Source: Prasinococcaceae sp. CCMP 1430 (Eukaryota; Plantae; Prasinodermophyta). Taken from it: a stretch of DNA of 64,000 nt. The DNA lies in assembly GCA_013416795.1 (NCBI GenBank), contig RQSC01000007.1, positions 116,490 to 180,489 of the forward strand. The letters run 5' to 3'. Positions 30,751-40,898 of the stretch are shown piece after piece; the first letter of the stretch is position 1, and the number at the start of each line of letters is the position of its first letter. Under the pieces are notes generated by a model, which saw only the letters and a list, made by a program, of their open reading frames with translations, made no database searches and was not told the DNA's origin. The position numbers and the translations under genes were made by a program.

Positions 30751-32388
30751 ATGGTCTTGGGCGGGAGGCTGCTGCTGGGGGCGGGAGGCGGCGCCGGCGT
30801 CAACAGCATCCCCGCGCGCTGCGCCGCGTCCTCCGTGGCTAGGCCGCGCGCGGCCACCCGCGCCGCCGCGGCGGGCCTCGCGGTCGCGGCTGTGCTGGCC
30901 CTCGCGTGCTCGGCGCTCGCCGTGTTCGCGGTGCTGCTTCGCGAAATTTGGCGGGCTTGCGCCGGGGGGCTGGACGGCGTCGGCATTGCTGGCGGAGGAG
31001 AGTCCTTCACGGCCGTGTGGACGTACACAGCGCTGCCTGACGCGCTCGAGATCTCCGCTCGTGATGACGGCTGGCGCTTTGACCACGCCGAGGCCCATCT
31101 CAGCCGCAAGCGCGGCAGCGGCGGCGGCGGCTCGGACGCCTCTTCGTCGGGGGGGCTGTTGCCGGCGCCGGACATGTTCATGGGCGTGTTTACGTCATTT
31201 GGTGAAGGGGGGCGTCGGCGGCGCGAGGCGGTGCTCAGCACGTGGGCAGCAGCACCCTCGCTCCGCGCAGAGATGCGCAAGGGGCGGGTGGCCATAAGCT
31301 TTGTGCTCGGAGCAGTTCCGGGGACGTCGCTTGGCAACGAGGAGGAATTGGAGCAGGGCGTGGCTGCCGAGGCCGAAGCTGAACGCAGCAACGCTCGGGC
31401 TCGAGGCGGCACGCCCGTCGGCTTCCTTCGGCTGCCCGAGGTCGAAGACCGCTACGAGAATCTGCCCTGGAAGTCTCGCGTGTTCTTCACGACGGTGGTT
31501 GACCTGTATCCGAGCGCGAAGTGGATCGTGAAGGCCGATGATGATACGTACATATTCCCGTCGAGGCTGCGCTTCGCGCTGATGTCTCTTTTTCGGGAGG
31601 GACTCAGAGAGTACGTCGCCGCGCGAGAGACACCCCCCGAGGCACAGGTTTCGCTCTCCGCCAAGAGAGATGCCGCGGCGTTCAATGCGTCGATCGACCG
31701 CGCCCTGCAGGCGGACATTGACGCCGCCGTGAGCGCGTCTACTACTGAGGCGCACCCAGCCAATTCGTTCGGAGGCAATGCTTACTACGTGGGCTGCTTG
31801 AAGAAGGGCTACCCCATGCCCGCTGGTTCAAAGTGGCATGAGCCCAACGCGTATATACTGGGCGCCGAACAAAACAAGTCGCAATACCCCGCGCACGCGT
31901 GGGGTCCCATCTATGCCCTTTCAGCCGTAGCCGCGAGGGGCATCGCGTCGCAGACCCGCGAGACCCTCGAGAAAGCCAGAGCGATGCGCAATGCGAGTGC
32001 ACTGCGCGAGCACCTCGCCGTTGACTGGAGGGACGTCTATGGCAGCCTCAGACACATGAAGAACGAGGACATCAGCGTTGGTTTGTGGATGCTAGCGATG
32101 AATGTGAGCGTGCGCGACGAGCGCAGGCTGTGCCACGCTATGCTCGCGCCCAACAGCCTCGCCGTCTACGACATCCCAAAGTGTTCGGGTCTGTGCGATG
32201 CCGCAGGCACGGGGCCGCACAGCTTGGCCGGCGTCCACGAGCGCGCGGCTCGCCTGGGCGAGGGCACACCGCACGACTGGGAGGTGCTCAGCAGTCCTGC
32301 CAAGGGCTTCCTCCGGTATGTAACGCGGGAGCACCATGCGGAGGATGGCAGCCGCAGCACCATCGAGGAAATCGAGTGGCAGGGCTAG
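30751..32388 (+). CDS. GT31 beta-1,3-galactosyltransferase (type II membrane)
   Basis: N-terminal TM segment; YENLPWKSRVFF, VKADDDTYI (DXD), GPIYALS, NEDISVGLWML, LAVYDIPKCSGLC (plant B3GALT C-terminal motif). Confidence 0.9.
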   Translation: MVLGGRLLLGAGGGAGVNSIPARCAASSVARPRAATRAAAAGLAVAAVLALACSALAVFAVLLREIWRACAGGLDGVGIAGGGESFTAVWTYTALPDALEISARDDGWRFDHAEAHLSRKRGSGGGGSDASSSGGLLPAPDMFMGVFTSFGEGGRRRREAVLSTWAAAPSLRAEMRKGRVAISFVLGAVPGTSLGNEEELEQGVAAEAEAERSNARARGGTPVGFLRLPEVEDRYENLPWKSRVFFTTVVDLYPSAKWIVKADDDTYIFPSRLRFALMSLFREGLREYVAARETPPEAQVSLSAKRDAAAFNASIDRALQADIDAAVSASTTEAHPANSFGGNAYYVGCLKKGYPMPAGSKWHEPNAYILGAEQNKSQYPAHAWGPIYALSAVAARGIASQTRETLEKARAMRNASALREHLAVDWRDVYGSLRHMKNEDISVGLWMLAMNVSVRDERRLCHAMLAPNSLAVYDIPKCSGLCDAAGTGPHSLAGVHERAARLGEGTPHDWEVLSSPAKGFLRYVTREHHAEDGSRSTIEEIEWQG

Positions 32389-32409
32389 TGAGACTATCGG
32401 CTAGTGCGA

Positions 32410-34253
32410 CTATCGGTGTCGGTTATGTAAATAAATGCCGCCCTCATGCAGCTCCACCACGCAGCTCCGCCGGGTCCCCTTGGTCAGCGTGGCGACATTG
32501 TGGACGAGCTCGCTCGGGAATATGACCGCGTCACCGGGCGAGGCGACATCCGTGATTTCCACCCACCTCTCATTCTCGCTGCCCTCGCCGCGCAAGACAC
32601 TGAAGGCCGCGCCCTCGAATGAGGACGGGGACGAAAGGAGGACGCTCATGGTCAGCAGGGAGCCAGTGTCCCTGTGACCCCTGTCGGTGACGCCACCTCC
32701 TGGCGTGTAGCCGTGCCACTGCGCCACGCATCGCGCACAACATAGGCAGAGATTATTTTTGCGCGTCAGCGCTGTGTTCACGTTCGCGCCTGTGAGAGCT
32801 GCCAGCCACATGGCGCCAAGCATCGCGTACCTCCATGCTCCGCACATTGACTGCGCGCCCTCTGAGGAGCCCCCAGCCCAGCCGAGCGTCGGCGTCGTAC
32901 ATCGCCGCGAGGAGCTTCGCGCGCACCGCGGGAAGCTGCGCCTCGATGGCGCCGTCGCGGTGGAGATGCACCACCCTGTGGGTGCCCAGAGAGTGAACCG
33001 CGTCCTCGACCGCCGAGCAGAAGCCATCCTCACCGCCACCGTCGTCGAAGAGTGCCCCCAAGAGCGCCGCGCTCAAGTCGTCCGCATCATCGCCTGAAGC
33101 AGTGGCGGTGCCCTGGGCGTCGCCAACGCCCGCGCCGTCGTTGCTGCCGGTAGCCTCCTCCGCATCGAGCATGCTTCTCGCGAGGGCATCGACAGCCGCA
33201 ATGTCCTCCGCGCTGAGCACGCCGTGCAAAACCGCCGCACCGAGCGCGTCGGCCGCGCGCGCGTCCGCCGGCGCGGGTGCCGGGCGCGAGGCTGCCCACG
33301 CTTCTAGCGGCAGCGCGTCGCGCGGCGGCACCACAAAGACGCCGTACTTTGCCTCCGGACCGCGATACACCTGCGCGCGCGCGCGCTCGAGGGTCAGATC
33401 CGCGCGCTGTGGTGTCGGAAGCGCGCGCGCGTCTGCGCGCCGGCCTCACCTCCCATCCGAGCTCGTTGGTAGCCGCGAACACGCCCGCGGCGTCCCCGAA
33501 GTCCAGGCAGGTGTCAAGGGCCTCCACGCAGGTCGAGAGCACGAAGCTGCCGAGCTCATACTCGCGACGCAGCGTGGGCGCGAGCGAGGTGAGCCCCGCG
33601 CCTGTAAGGAACGCAAGGACGGCCGTCGGCGCGGGCAGGCGAGCGGCACGCCCGCCGCCTCCACCGCCTCCGCCGCCGCCACAGCTGCCGCCGCCGCCGC
33701 CGCCGCCGCCGCCATCAGGAGCACCCTGCTCGCCCACAAGCTCGCCGGTGGCGAGGAAGCCCTCTGGTGCGTCGGTGAGGTCGGCAAGCACCCACTCGCA
33801 GCGCGCGGCGACGCCTGGCCCTGCTGCAGCCGCGCGGCGGCGGCACCCAGCGAGGCACTCGGCGTCGAGCTCCACGCCGACCGCGCGGAGCGCGGGGTAG
33901 CGGCACGCGGCCTCGATGAGCACCCGCCCGTCGCCGCACCCGAGGTCCCACAACACGTCACCGCCGCCGCAGCCCTGCTCGCCGCCACCGTTCCCCTCAC
34001 GCTCCGCGCTCCCGCCTGGCGGTCCGGCTCCGCCGCAGCCGAGCCTGAGCGCGGCGTAGATGTGCGCCAGCCTATTGGCGGCGCACGGCGCGAACGGCGC
34101 GAGCGATGTCGCGCCCCTGGAGCTCCATCGCTCGGCTGCCGACCTGTGGCCCGCGTCGCCGCCGCCGGGCGCGAGCACGTACTCCCGGAGCAGGGCGGAC
34201 TGCTCCGACTCGAGCGCGTCCGCCTGCCAGCCAGAGTCTGCCGCGGACGCCAT
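32410..34253 (-). CDS. Predicted fusion of a class I SAM-dependent methyltransferase and a 2OG-Fe(II) dioxygenase; exons 34253-33450, 33370-32831, 32718-32410
   Basis: WDLGCGDGRVLIEAA and VGVELD (SAM motifs I/II) in exon 1. HRDTGSLLTMSVLL, GDAVIFPSELVHNV and GTRRSCVVE (HxD...H...R) in exon 3. Both introns are phase-0 GT-AG. Confidence 0.75.
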
Positions 34254-34660
34254 CCGCGCGAGGCGCGCAGCCAGCAGGGCGGCGCGCGCGCGGCGCTCGC
34301 GGCCGGCGTCGCGCGAGCCGGGAAAAAAGCCAAAAACGCATGCGCGCAAGGCCGGTCCACGCGCCGAGGCCAGTCATTCCTCTTTTCCCATTTCTCATTT
34401 GTAGTACTGCTGGGATTACTTGCACTGCAACGTGAATGTAGCATCACCATTCAGCCCCTGATTCCAATTGGGTTGACCCGGTCGAGCACGCGCAGGGCCT
34501 GGGTCAAAGCTGTTTTTCCCCGGGGGTATTTTCCGTTGGACTGGTCCAGCCGTGCAGGGCTGGGAGCGGTGGAGGGTGCACAGCTCCGTGTGGACCTGTG
34601 CTGTGGCCATATATACGTATTAACCCTGGATTACAAAAACCTTAAACATGAAACACTGAC

Positions 34661-36756
34661 ATGCGCAGGAAGGCGTGGGGCGGACGCGGCGGCGGCGGCG
34701 GGGGCAGACAGACGCTGCGGGGCGGTGGCGGTAGCGCCCTCGTGACTGGCGCGGGCTCGGGCATCGGCCGCGCCGTCGCGCAGAGGCTGGCCGCGCGTGG
34801 CTACGCGCTCACAGTCGTCGACGTCGATGCCGCCGCGGCGGAGCGCGTCGCCGCTGAGCTCGCGCACTCGGGCGCACGCGCTGCGGCGGCGCGCGCCGAC
34901 GTGGCGGACGCCGCCGAACTCGAGCGCGCGTTCGGGGCGCATGTATCTCGCTACGGCGGCGTGGACGTCGTCGTGAACAACGCGGGCGTGGGAGACGGCG
35001 ATGGCTCTGTCGCCGCGGGCGACCTCGCCGTGCGCGTCAACCTCGGCGCAGTCATTGCTGGCACCAAGCTCGCCGAGCGCCACATGGCACGGCAGCCGGC
35101 ACCCGCGTGCCCCAACGCCAGCGGGCGCAGGGGCACGGTGATCAATGTGGCCTCGACGGGGGGGCTATGGCCGATGCCTCACGCGCCGGTGTACGCCGCC
35201 ACCAAGGCCGCAGTGCTCATGTTCACGCGCTCGGCGGCGCCGGCGCTGCTCGCGTCGTCCGGGGTCGTGTGCTGCGCGCTCGCGCCGACGTACACGCAGA
35301 ACACGGGGATGGGCGACGTGATAGCGGCGCACCCCGATGGCGCGGCCTTGGTGCGCGAGGCGACGCGCGGCGCGGGGCTCGCGAAGCTATCGCACGTTGT
35401 CGACGGCGTGGAGGCGCTGGTGGACGGCGGGCAGCCCGGCCAGGCGCTGGTGTGCGTGCCTGGCCAGCACCTCACCTGGCACTGGTCCGCGCGCAAGGAC
35501 AAGGCGGCCAAGCGCAGCGAGCGAGCACTGGCCCCGCCGCTCCTCGCGCCACTGCCGCCGCTCCCAGCGACGCGCCGCGTGCTCATGGTGCGGCGCCTCA
35601 CCACGGACTTTGCCAACGCCGTGGAGCTCGTCGAGGAGCCCATGCCGGCGGTGTCGGGCACGGAAGTGCTCGTCGCGCGCTGCCATGTGGGCGTGAACGC
35701 CAGCGACGTCAACTTCACAGCGGGTGCGTCGTGCGCGCGTGCGTCTGCGCGAGCGCGCGCGCTCCCGCGGAGGAGCGAGCTGACACGCGCGTGCGCTCCT
35801 CCGCCTCGCTGTCGCGCGTTGACCTCCCAGGCCGATACTTCGGCAAGAAGGCCGCGGAGATGCTGCCCTTCCCTGCCGGCCTCGAGTCGGTCGGGTACGT
35901 CGCTGCGGCTGGCGAGGGCGCGCTCGAGGCGGGCATCCGCGTGGGTCAATGCGTATCCACGCTTGAGTACGGCGCGTTCTCCACCCACGGCGTGGTGGAG
36001 TGCGCGCGGCTGCTTCCGTGCCTCGCGCCGCCCACGCCTGAGGCGCTGGGGCTGCTCACGAGCGGCCTGACGGCCAGCCTCGCCCTGGAGCGGTCGGCGG
36101 GGCTGCGCCGCGTGGGGGAGCGCGGCGAGCGCCGCAAGAAAGTGCTTGTCACCGCCGCGGCCGGCGGCACCGGCCAGTTCGCAGTCCAGCTCGCGCGCCT
36201 TTTGGGACACGAGGTGGTGGCCACGTGCGGCTCGGCTGCCAAGGCGAGGCTGCTGGCGGAGCTCGGCGCGCACCGTGTGATCAATTACAAAGTCGAGAGC
36301 GTGGGCGAGGTGCTCAAGCGCGAATACAGGGAGGGGATCGACGTCATCTTCGAAAGCGTGGGCGGTGACATGTTCGACACCGTCACGCGACACGTCGCCC
36401 CGGGGGGCACGGTGATCGTCATCGGCATGATGAGCGCATACCAGGGCGCGGGCGGCGACGCGGGCGGTTGGCCACTCAGCTCCCACGCGGGGCTCACGGA
36501 GCGGTTGCTGTGGACGGGCGCCAAGTGCGTCGGATTCTTCCTGTTGCAGCACGCGGCGCACTATAAGCGCCACCTGAGCCAGCTGCACGCCCTGCTCGGC
36601 AGCGGCGCCCTGCGCGTGGCGACCGACTCGGAGCGCTTCGATGGGATCGAGTCAGTGGTGGCGGCCGTCGAGCGCCTGCAGAGCGGCCGCAGCGCAGGGA
36701 AGGTGACCGTGCAGCTCGCGCGCGCGCCGCCCGCCGCGGCGACAGCGAAGCTCTGA
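34661..36756 (+). CDS. SDR + MDR (prostaglandin-reductase-like) fusion, ARP/NQR-type; intron 35724-35830
   Basis: ALVTGAGSGIGRA, NNAG and YAATK (SDR); GVNASDVNFTAG|RY, GLLTSGLTA, VLVTAAAGGTGQFAVQL, FESVGG (ZADH2/PTGR3-like). Confidence 0.9.
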
Positions 36757-36928
36757 CTGATAAAGTGCGACCCTTACATCCTCACGCGCTGTCGATTGCG
36801 CGGCGCATGCGCTGCCGCCTGGGTACGCCTCAAGCGACGGCGCGTTGGCACAGGCATCGCTCTTCTGTGACTGAAAACGGAAGCGAATGGCCAACGGCCA
36901 ATGGCTGAGCACTCCGAGTGCCTGTCAT

Positions 36929-37735
36929 CTAGTCGGCCTTCTTCTCCTCAGCTGCGTCCGCAGCAGTGTCCATGCCGGCGGCCTCTTCGGCAGGGGCCGG
37001 GGCGGCCTCGGCTGCGGGGGGGGCCGCCACGGTGTGCTTGATGAGGTAGGTGCACAGCGCCTTGCCGGTCTCGTCGTCGGCCACGGTGATGTCAAAGTCT
37101 TCATGCTTGGTCGCCCCTGGAAGACCGCTGGGAGCGACGATGGGGTGCAGCCTGAAGGTGGTGTTGTCTCCGGCGATCGGATGCGTCACTTGCACGTCCG
37201 CAATGGACATCATCTTGGTGCCGTAGCCGCGATCGTTCATAACCATCGCGTCGGCCCTGGTGGGCGAGTCGGCAGTGAGCTTGAGCCTGTAGTCGACCGC
37301 GAGCTCGGGGGGTGAGTCCGCCGTCTTGGCCTTGGCGGCAAAGAGCACGAGTGTGTCGGGCTTGTCCGCGCGCGTCACGACGGCGAGCGCCGTGCGCGTG
37401 CCGCCCGGCGCAGCCTGCGTAAGGCCGAGCGGCCCTGCCACCGAGTCTATGGCCGTGGCAACGGTCTCCGCAACCACCGTGGCGGTTGCTGCGGCGGCCT
37501 TCTCGACGAACGCCCGCGTGTGGCCGTGCAGCGCTCCGGGCTGGATCTTCGCGACGAACTCGACCTCGGCGGCCGCGGCGACCTTGGCCTCGGGGTCCTT
37601 GGGGGCCGCGGCCCTGACGGCGGCCTCGGTGACCTCCTGTGCCTGTTCTTCGTTCGCGAACAGATGGCCTGCGACCGTCCACGCGCGGTGCGGCGGGGCC
37701 GCCGCGACGTGCAGGTTGGGCACCGGCGACGACAT
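36929..37735 (-). CDS. Hypothetical protein (~268 aa) with a beta-rich C-terminal half
   Basis: ATG at 37735, typical coding composition, acidic tail. No family recognised. Confidence 0.6.
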   Translation of the reverse strand: MSSPVPNLHVAAAPPHRAWTVAGHLFANEEQAQEVTEAAVRAAAPKDPEAKVAAAAEVEFVAKIQPGALHGHTRAFVEKAAAATATVVAETVATAIDSVAGPLGLTQAAPGGTRTALAVVTRADKPDTLVLFAAKAKTADSPPELAVDYRLKLTADSPTRADAMVMNDRGYGTKMMSIADVQVTHPIAGDNTTFRLHPIVAPSGLPGATKHEDFDITVADDETGKALCTYLIKHTVAAPPAAEAAPAPAEEAAGMDTAADAAEEKKAD

Positions 37736-38268
37736 GCTCGTGTCCGGAGGCGAGCAGGCGGGCGGGTCGGTCTGGGGCAGATGCGGGCGGAGAGTGCGTG
37801 GCTGCGGTCGCGCGCGCTGTGGCGCGCCCGCGCCCCCCTCTCTCCCCTCCCCCTTCCGTGCGGCGCGGGCGGCGCGCCCGCCCGTCGCCGCGCGGCGCGT
37901 GGCAGCCCCGCACTCCCACGTGGCAGCGATCGCAACGGCCCCCAGAAAAATCCGCCGCGGCGGCCCTTCCGAGGCCCAACCGGCGCTCAAACGTAAGCAC
38001 ACCTTCGATTGACACCGGCGGCATTCACAGACCGCAGATACTGCAATGATTAAAACTGCCCATGATGTGATATGATATGATACGCGCGGCCAAAATGATA
38101 CTTTTCTGACAATGTCTGGCAATGCCTGCTCCGTCCGCCCGACGCCCGAGGCGAGGGCGCGTGCCGACGGCGTGCAGGGCGAAATCTCCGCGAGGATCTC
38201 CGAGGCGGCGCCGGCTGGGGTTCTAGAAGGATCGGACGCGCGGAGAGGGGGGCTTCCGTCCCGAGCAC

Positions 38269-38402
38269 GTGTGTGTGCGTGTGTGTGCGCGTGTGTGCGT
38301 GTATGTGCGTGTGTGTGCATGTGTGCGTGTGTGTGGTGCGTGTCTGTTCGTGTGTGCGTGTGTGTGCGTGTGTGTGCGTGTGTGCGTGTGTGTGTGCGTG
38401 TG

Positions 38403-38443
<41 letters not shown>
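38269..38443. repeat. (GT)n/(GTGC) compound microsatellite, ~175 bp
   Basis: Directly visible near-continuous purine-pyrimidine alternation. Confidence 0.95.
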
Positions 38444-38445
<2 letters not shown>

Positions 38446-38999
38446 CATCGATGGTACCATCAGGTGAACAGTACTGTACATAGCCATGCAACCCACACAT
38501 GACACATGACGGCATGTACGAATAGGAATATTACTGTAGTTCACTGATTTTACAGTCAGCCCCAACACGTCCAGGTGTGGTCCCGCAACCGATACCCGCA
38601 CAATTGAGGTCAAAATGCATGAAAAAGTTAACGGAACGAATTTTCAGTGCGGCACAGGCGCGCTCCCGTTCGGATATGTATGAATCCGCATGCGCACCAA
38701 GTTTGCGTCCGCCCGACCTCCGAGTGAGGCCTCGCTTGGCCGTCGGCCTCCGCGCGCCGAATCGGGAATCGGTTTCGGTTGGGTCGGAACGGGAGCGCGC
38801 GCGCGCACTCGCACCCTCTTTGGAAAGCCGAGGAGAAGCCTGGGGAGGACGGGGAACGCGGATGGATCGGATTGGTTGGTTGGTTGGTTGGGTCGGTCGG
38901 GCGGTCAGTCAGATGATGGGGAGGTTTCAACAAGTGTGACCCGCAACCGAATCCGAGTGGCGGTTGGTTGGTTTGGGGGAACATACCGTACATCATATC

Positions 39000-39666
39000 G
39001 GTTTGCGCGACGCACGCGACGCTGGCGCTCGCGGCGCCGCGCCGCGCGGACGCAGAGTCCAAGCCCTTCTGCGACTGGACCCAGACGCTGCCGTGCGAGC
39101 TGCTCCATAGCGGGGACGGGTACACGCCGATGCCCGGCTTCGAGACGGGCGCCCTCTACAGGGAGCTGCGCATCGGCGAGGGCGACGCCCCCTCCGTCGG
39201 CGACAAGGTGTGCTGCGACTGGGCGATGTACACGTTCTACCTGAGCCACGTCGTCAGCGCGAGGGGCCTCACGAAGGGCGGTGCCTTCGAGGGCGACGAC
39301 GTCGACGCGACCTTCCTGCGCTTCACGCTGGGCGACGGCTCGATGATCGGCGCCGTCGAAGGCGCGCTCCTCTCGGGCATGCGGGTGGGCGGCGTGCGGC
39401 GCGTCATAATCTTCCCGGGAGCGGCGAGCTACCCGGGCATGCTGCCGAACGACAAGGGAAGGAATTGGTCGCAGCTCGGGCCGGCTCCGGAGACTCTCAG
39501 CGGCAGGCGGTCTCTGGACTTTGTGGCCAAGAACACTGCCAACGTCGACAAGAGCCTGCTGATGGACATCGAGCTGCTCGGAGTTGGCGAGGGGGCGCGC
39601 GCCGTGCGCGGACCCGGCGCGTGGACGCCCGAGGCGCTCGCGGCGGCAAAGACGGGCTCGTTGTAA
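39000..39666 (+). CDS. FKBP19: Thylakoid-lumen FKBP-type PPIase (FKBP19-like); 5' exon/ATG not found
   Basis: LYRELRIGEG, GDKVCCDW, TKGGAFEGDD, GMRVGGVRRVI, GPAPETLSGRRSLDFV, DKSLLMDIELL match the FKBP19 subfamily. The AxA lumenal cleavage site (ADA|ES) is present. Confidence 0.82.
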
Positions 39667-39750
39667 GATATCAAATGCCACGGCAGTGCGCGCGAAGGCG
39701 GCGACGCGGCAGCGGCGTCGGGCGAAGTCGCTCCTGCCGCGAGCGCAGGC

Positions 39751-40526
39751 CTACTTGAGCTCGTCCCTGAGCTGCGTGAGGATGGCGTGCCTCTGGTTCA
39801 CCCACGCCTTCAACTCGGCGGTCATGACGTCGCCCTTCACCTTCTGGAGCCTCGCCTCCTGCGCGGCGACCTTGACTGCGCCGGCCTTGCGCATCTTCGC
39901 GATATACTGGGCCTCCCTGCTGGAGCAAGTGCTCTCCGCATCGGCCACGGAGCAACGAGCGCCGAGCTCCTCCTTGACGAACTCGCGCAGGTCGACGATG
40001 TTGCGGCCGCCGGTGTACTTCTCGCCCTCGGGCTTGTCCGAAGTGAAGTACATCACGGTCGGGTAGCCGCTCACGTCGAACCGCGAGCAGAGGTCGTTCT
40101 GTCGCGCGGAGCCGCGCCAATAGCAGCACGCACGAGAGCGTCAGCACGCGCACGCGCGGCGCAGTGTGGCGACCAGGGGCAGATCGTCAGAAGCGGCGAC
40201 CACGCCCGCGCAGGCGCCGATCGGCAGCGCACGGCGAAAGGGATGGCCCACGGCGCGCGCGCGCACTGGCTCGCACCTGCTCCGTGCAGTCGACGTCGCC
40301 GATGAGCACACTGTTGGAGTCGGCCATCTCCGCACCGAGCTCATCCCACGCGGGCTTCATCGCCTTGCAGTGGCCGCACCAGGGAGCGAAGAACTTCACG
40401 AAGGCGCTCTTGCCGCCCGACAGCGCGAGCTCGTCGAAGTTCCCCTCGTCGAGCACCGTCACCGCCGCCGCGCGGGGCGCCGCGCACGCGAGCGCGAGCG
40501 CGCACACCGCCGCGCACGCGAGCGCG
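39751..40526 (-). CDS. PDI-like thioredoxin with a C-terminal helical domain; exons <40526-40277 and 40098-39751
   Basis: Signal peptide, then [28 protein letters not shown]|[19 protein letters not shown]. Ends RDELK*. Confidence 0.92.
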
Positions 40527-40898
40527 NNNNNNNNNNNNNNNNNNNNNNNNNNNNNNNNNNNNNNNNNNNNNNNNNNNNNNNNNNNNNNNNNNNNNNNNNN
40601 NNNNNNNNNNNNNNNNNNNNNNNNNNNNNNNNNNNNNNNNNNNNNNNNNNNNNNNNNNNNNNNNNNNNNNNNNNNNNNNNNNNNNNNNNNNNNNNNNNNN
40701 NNNNNNNNNNNNNNNNCCGGCGGCGGCGCCGCGGGAGGGGAGGGCGGCCGAGTCGAGGGGGGGTAGGGGCGAGGGAGCGCGAGAAAGGCGCCGGGCTCGC
40801 GCGCGCTCCTCGAGCGCTCGCGGGCGGAGGCGGCGGAGGCGGAGGCGCGTTCCCTTTTCGGTTGGCGGCGGGCGGCGCCGCGCGCTGCGGCGGCGGAG

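Noticed and set aside
34445-34540. RNase MRP/P-like CR-I and CR-V look-alikes (ggaaaatacccccgg and caggggctga, minus strand)
   Set aside because: Spacing is too short and the P4 pairing is not canonical.
34661-36756. SDR + MDR double oxidoreductase fusion as a novelty
   Set aside because: Matches the known plant ARP/NQR (At1g49670-type) architecture.
38112-38515. Cys/Val- or His/Thr-rich ORFs (CVCV, HTHT)
   Set aside because: Translations of the (GT)n microsatellite.
27702-40526. Selenoprotein (in-frame TGA) versions of the thioredoxin-fold genes
   Set aside because: Both active sites are plain WCGHC; no in-frame TGA or SECIS evidence.
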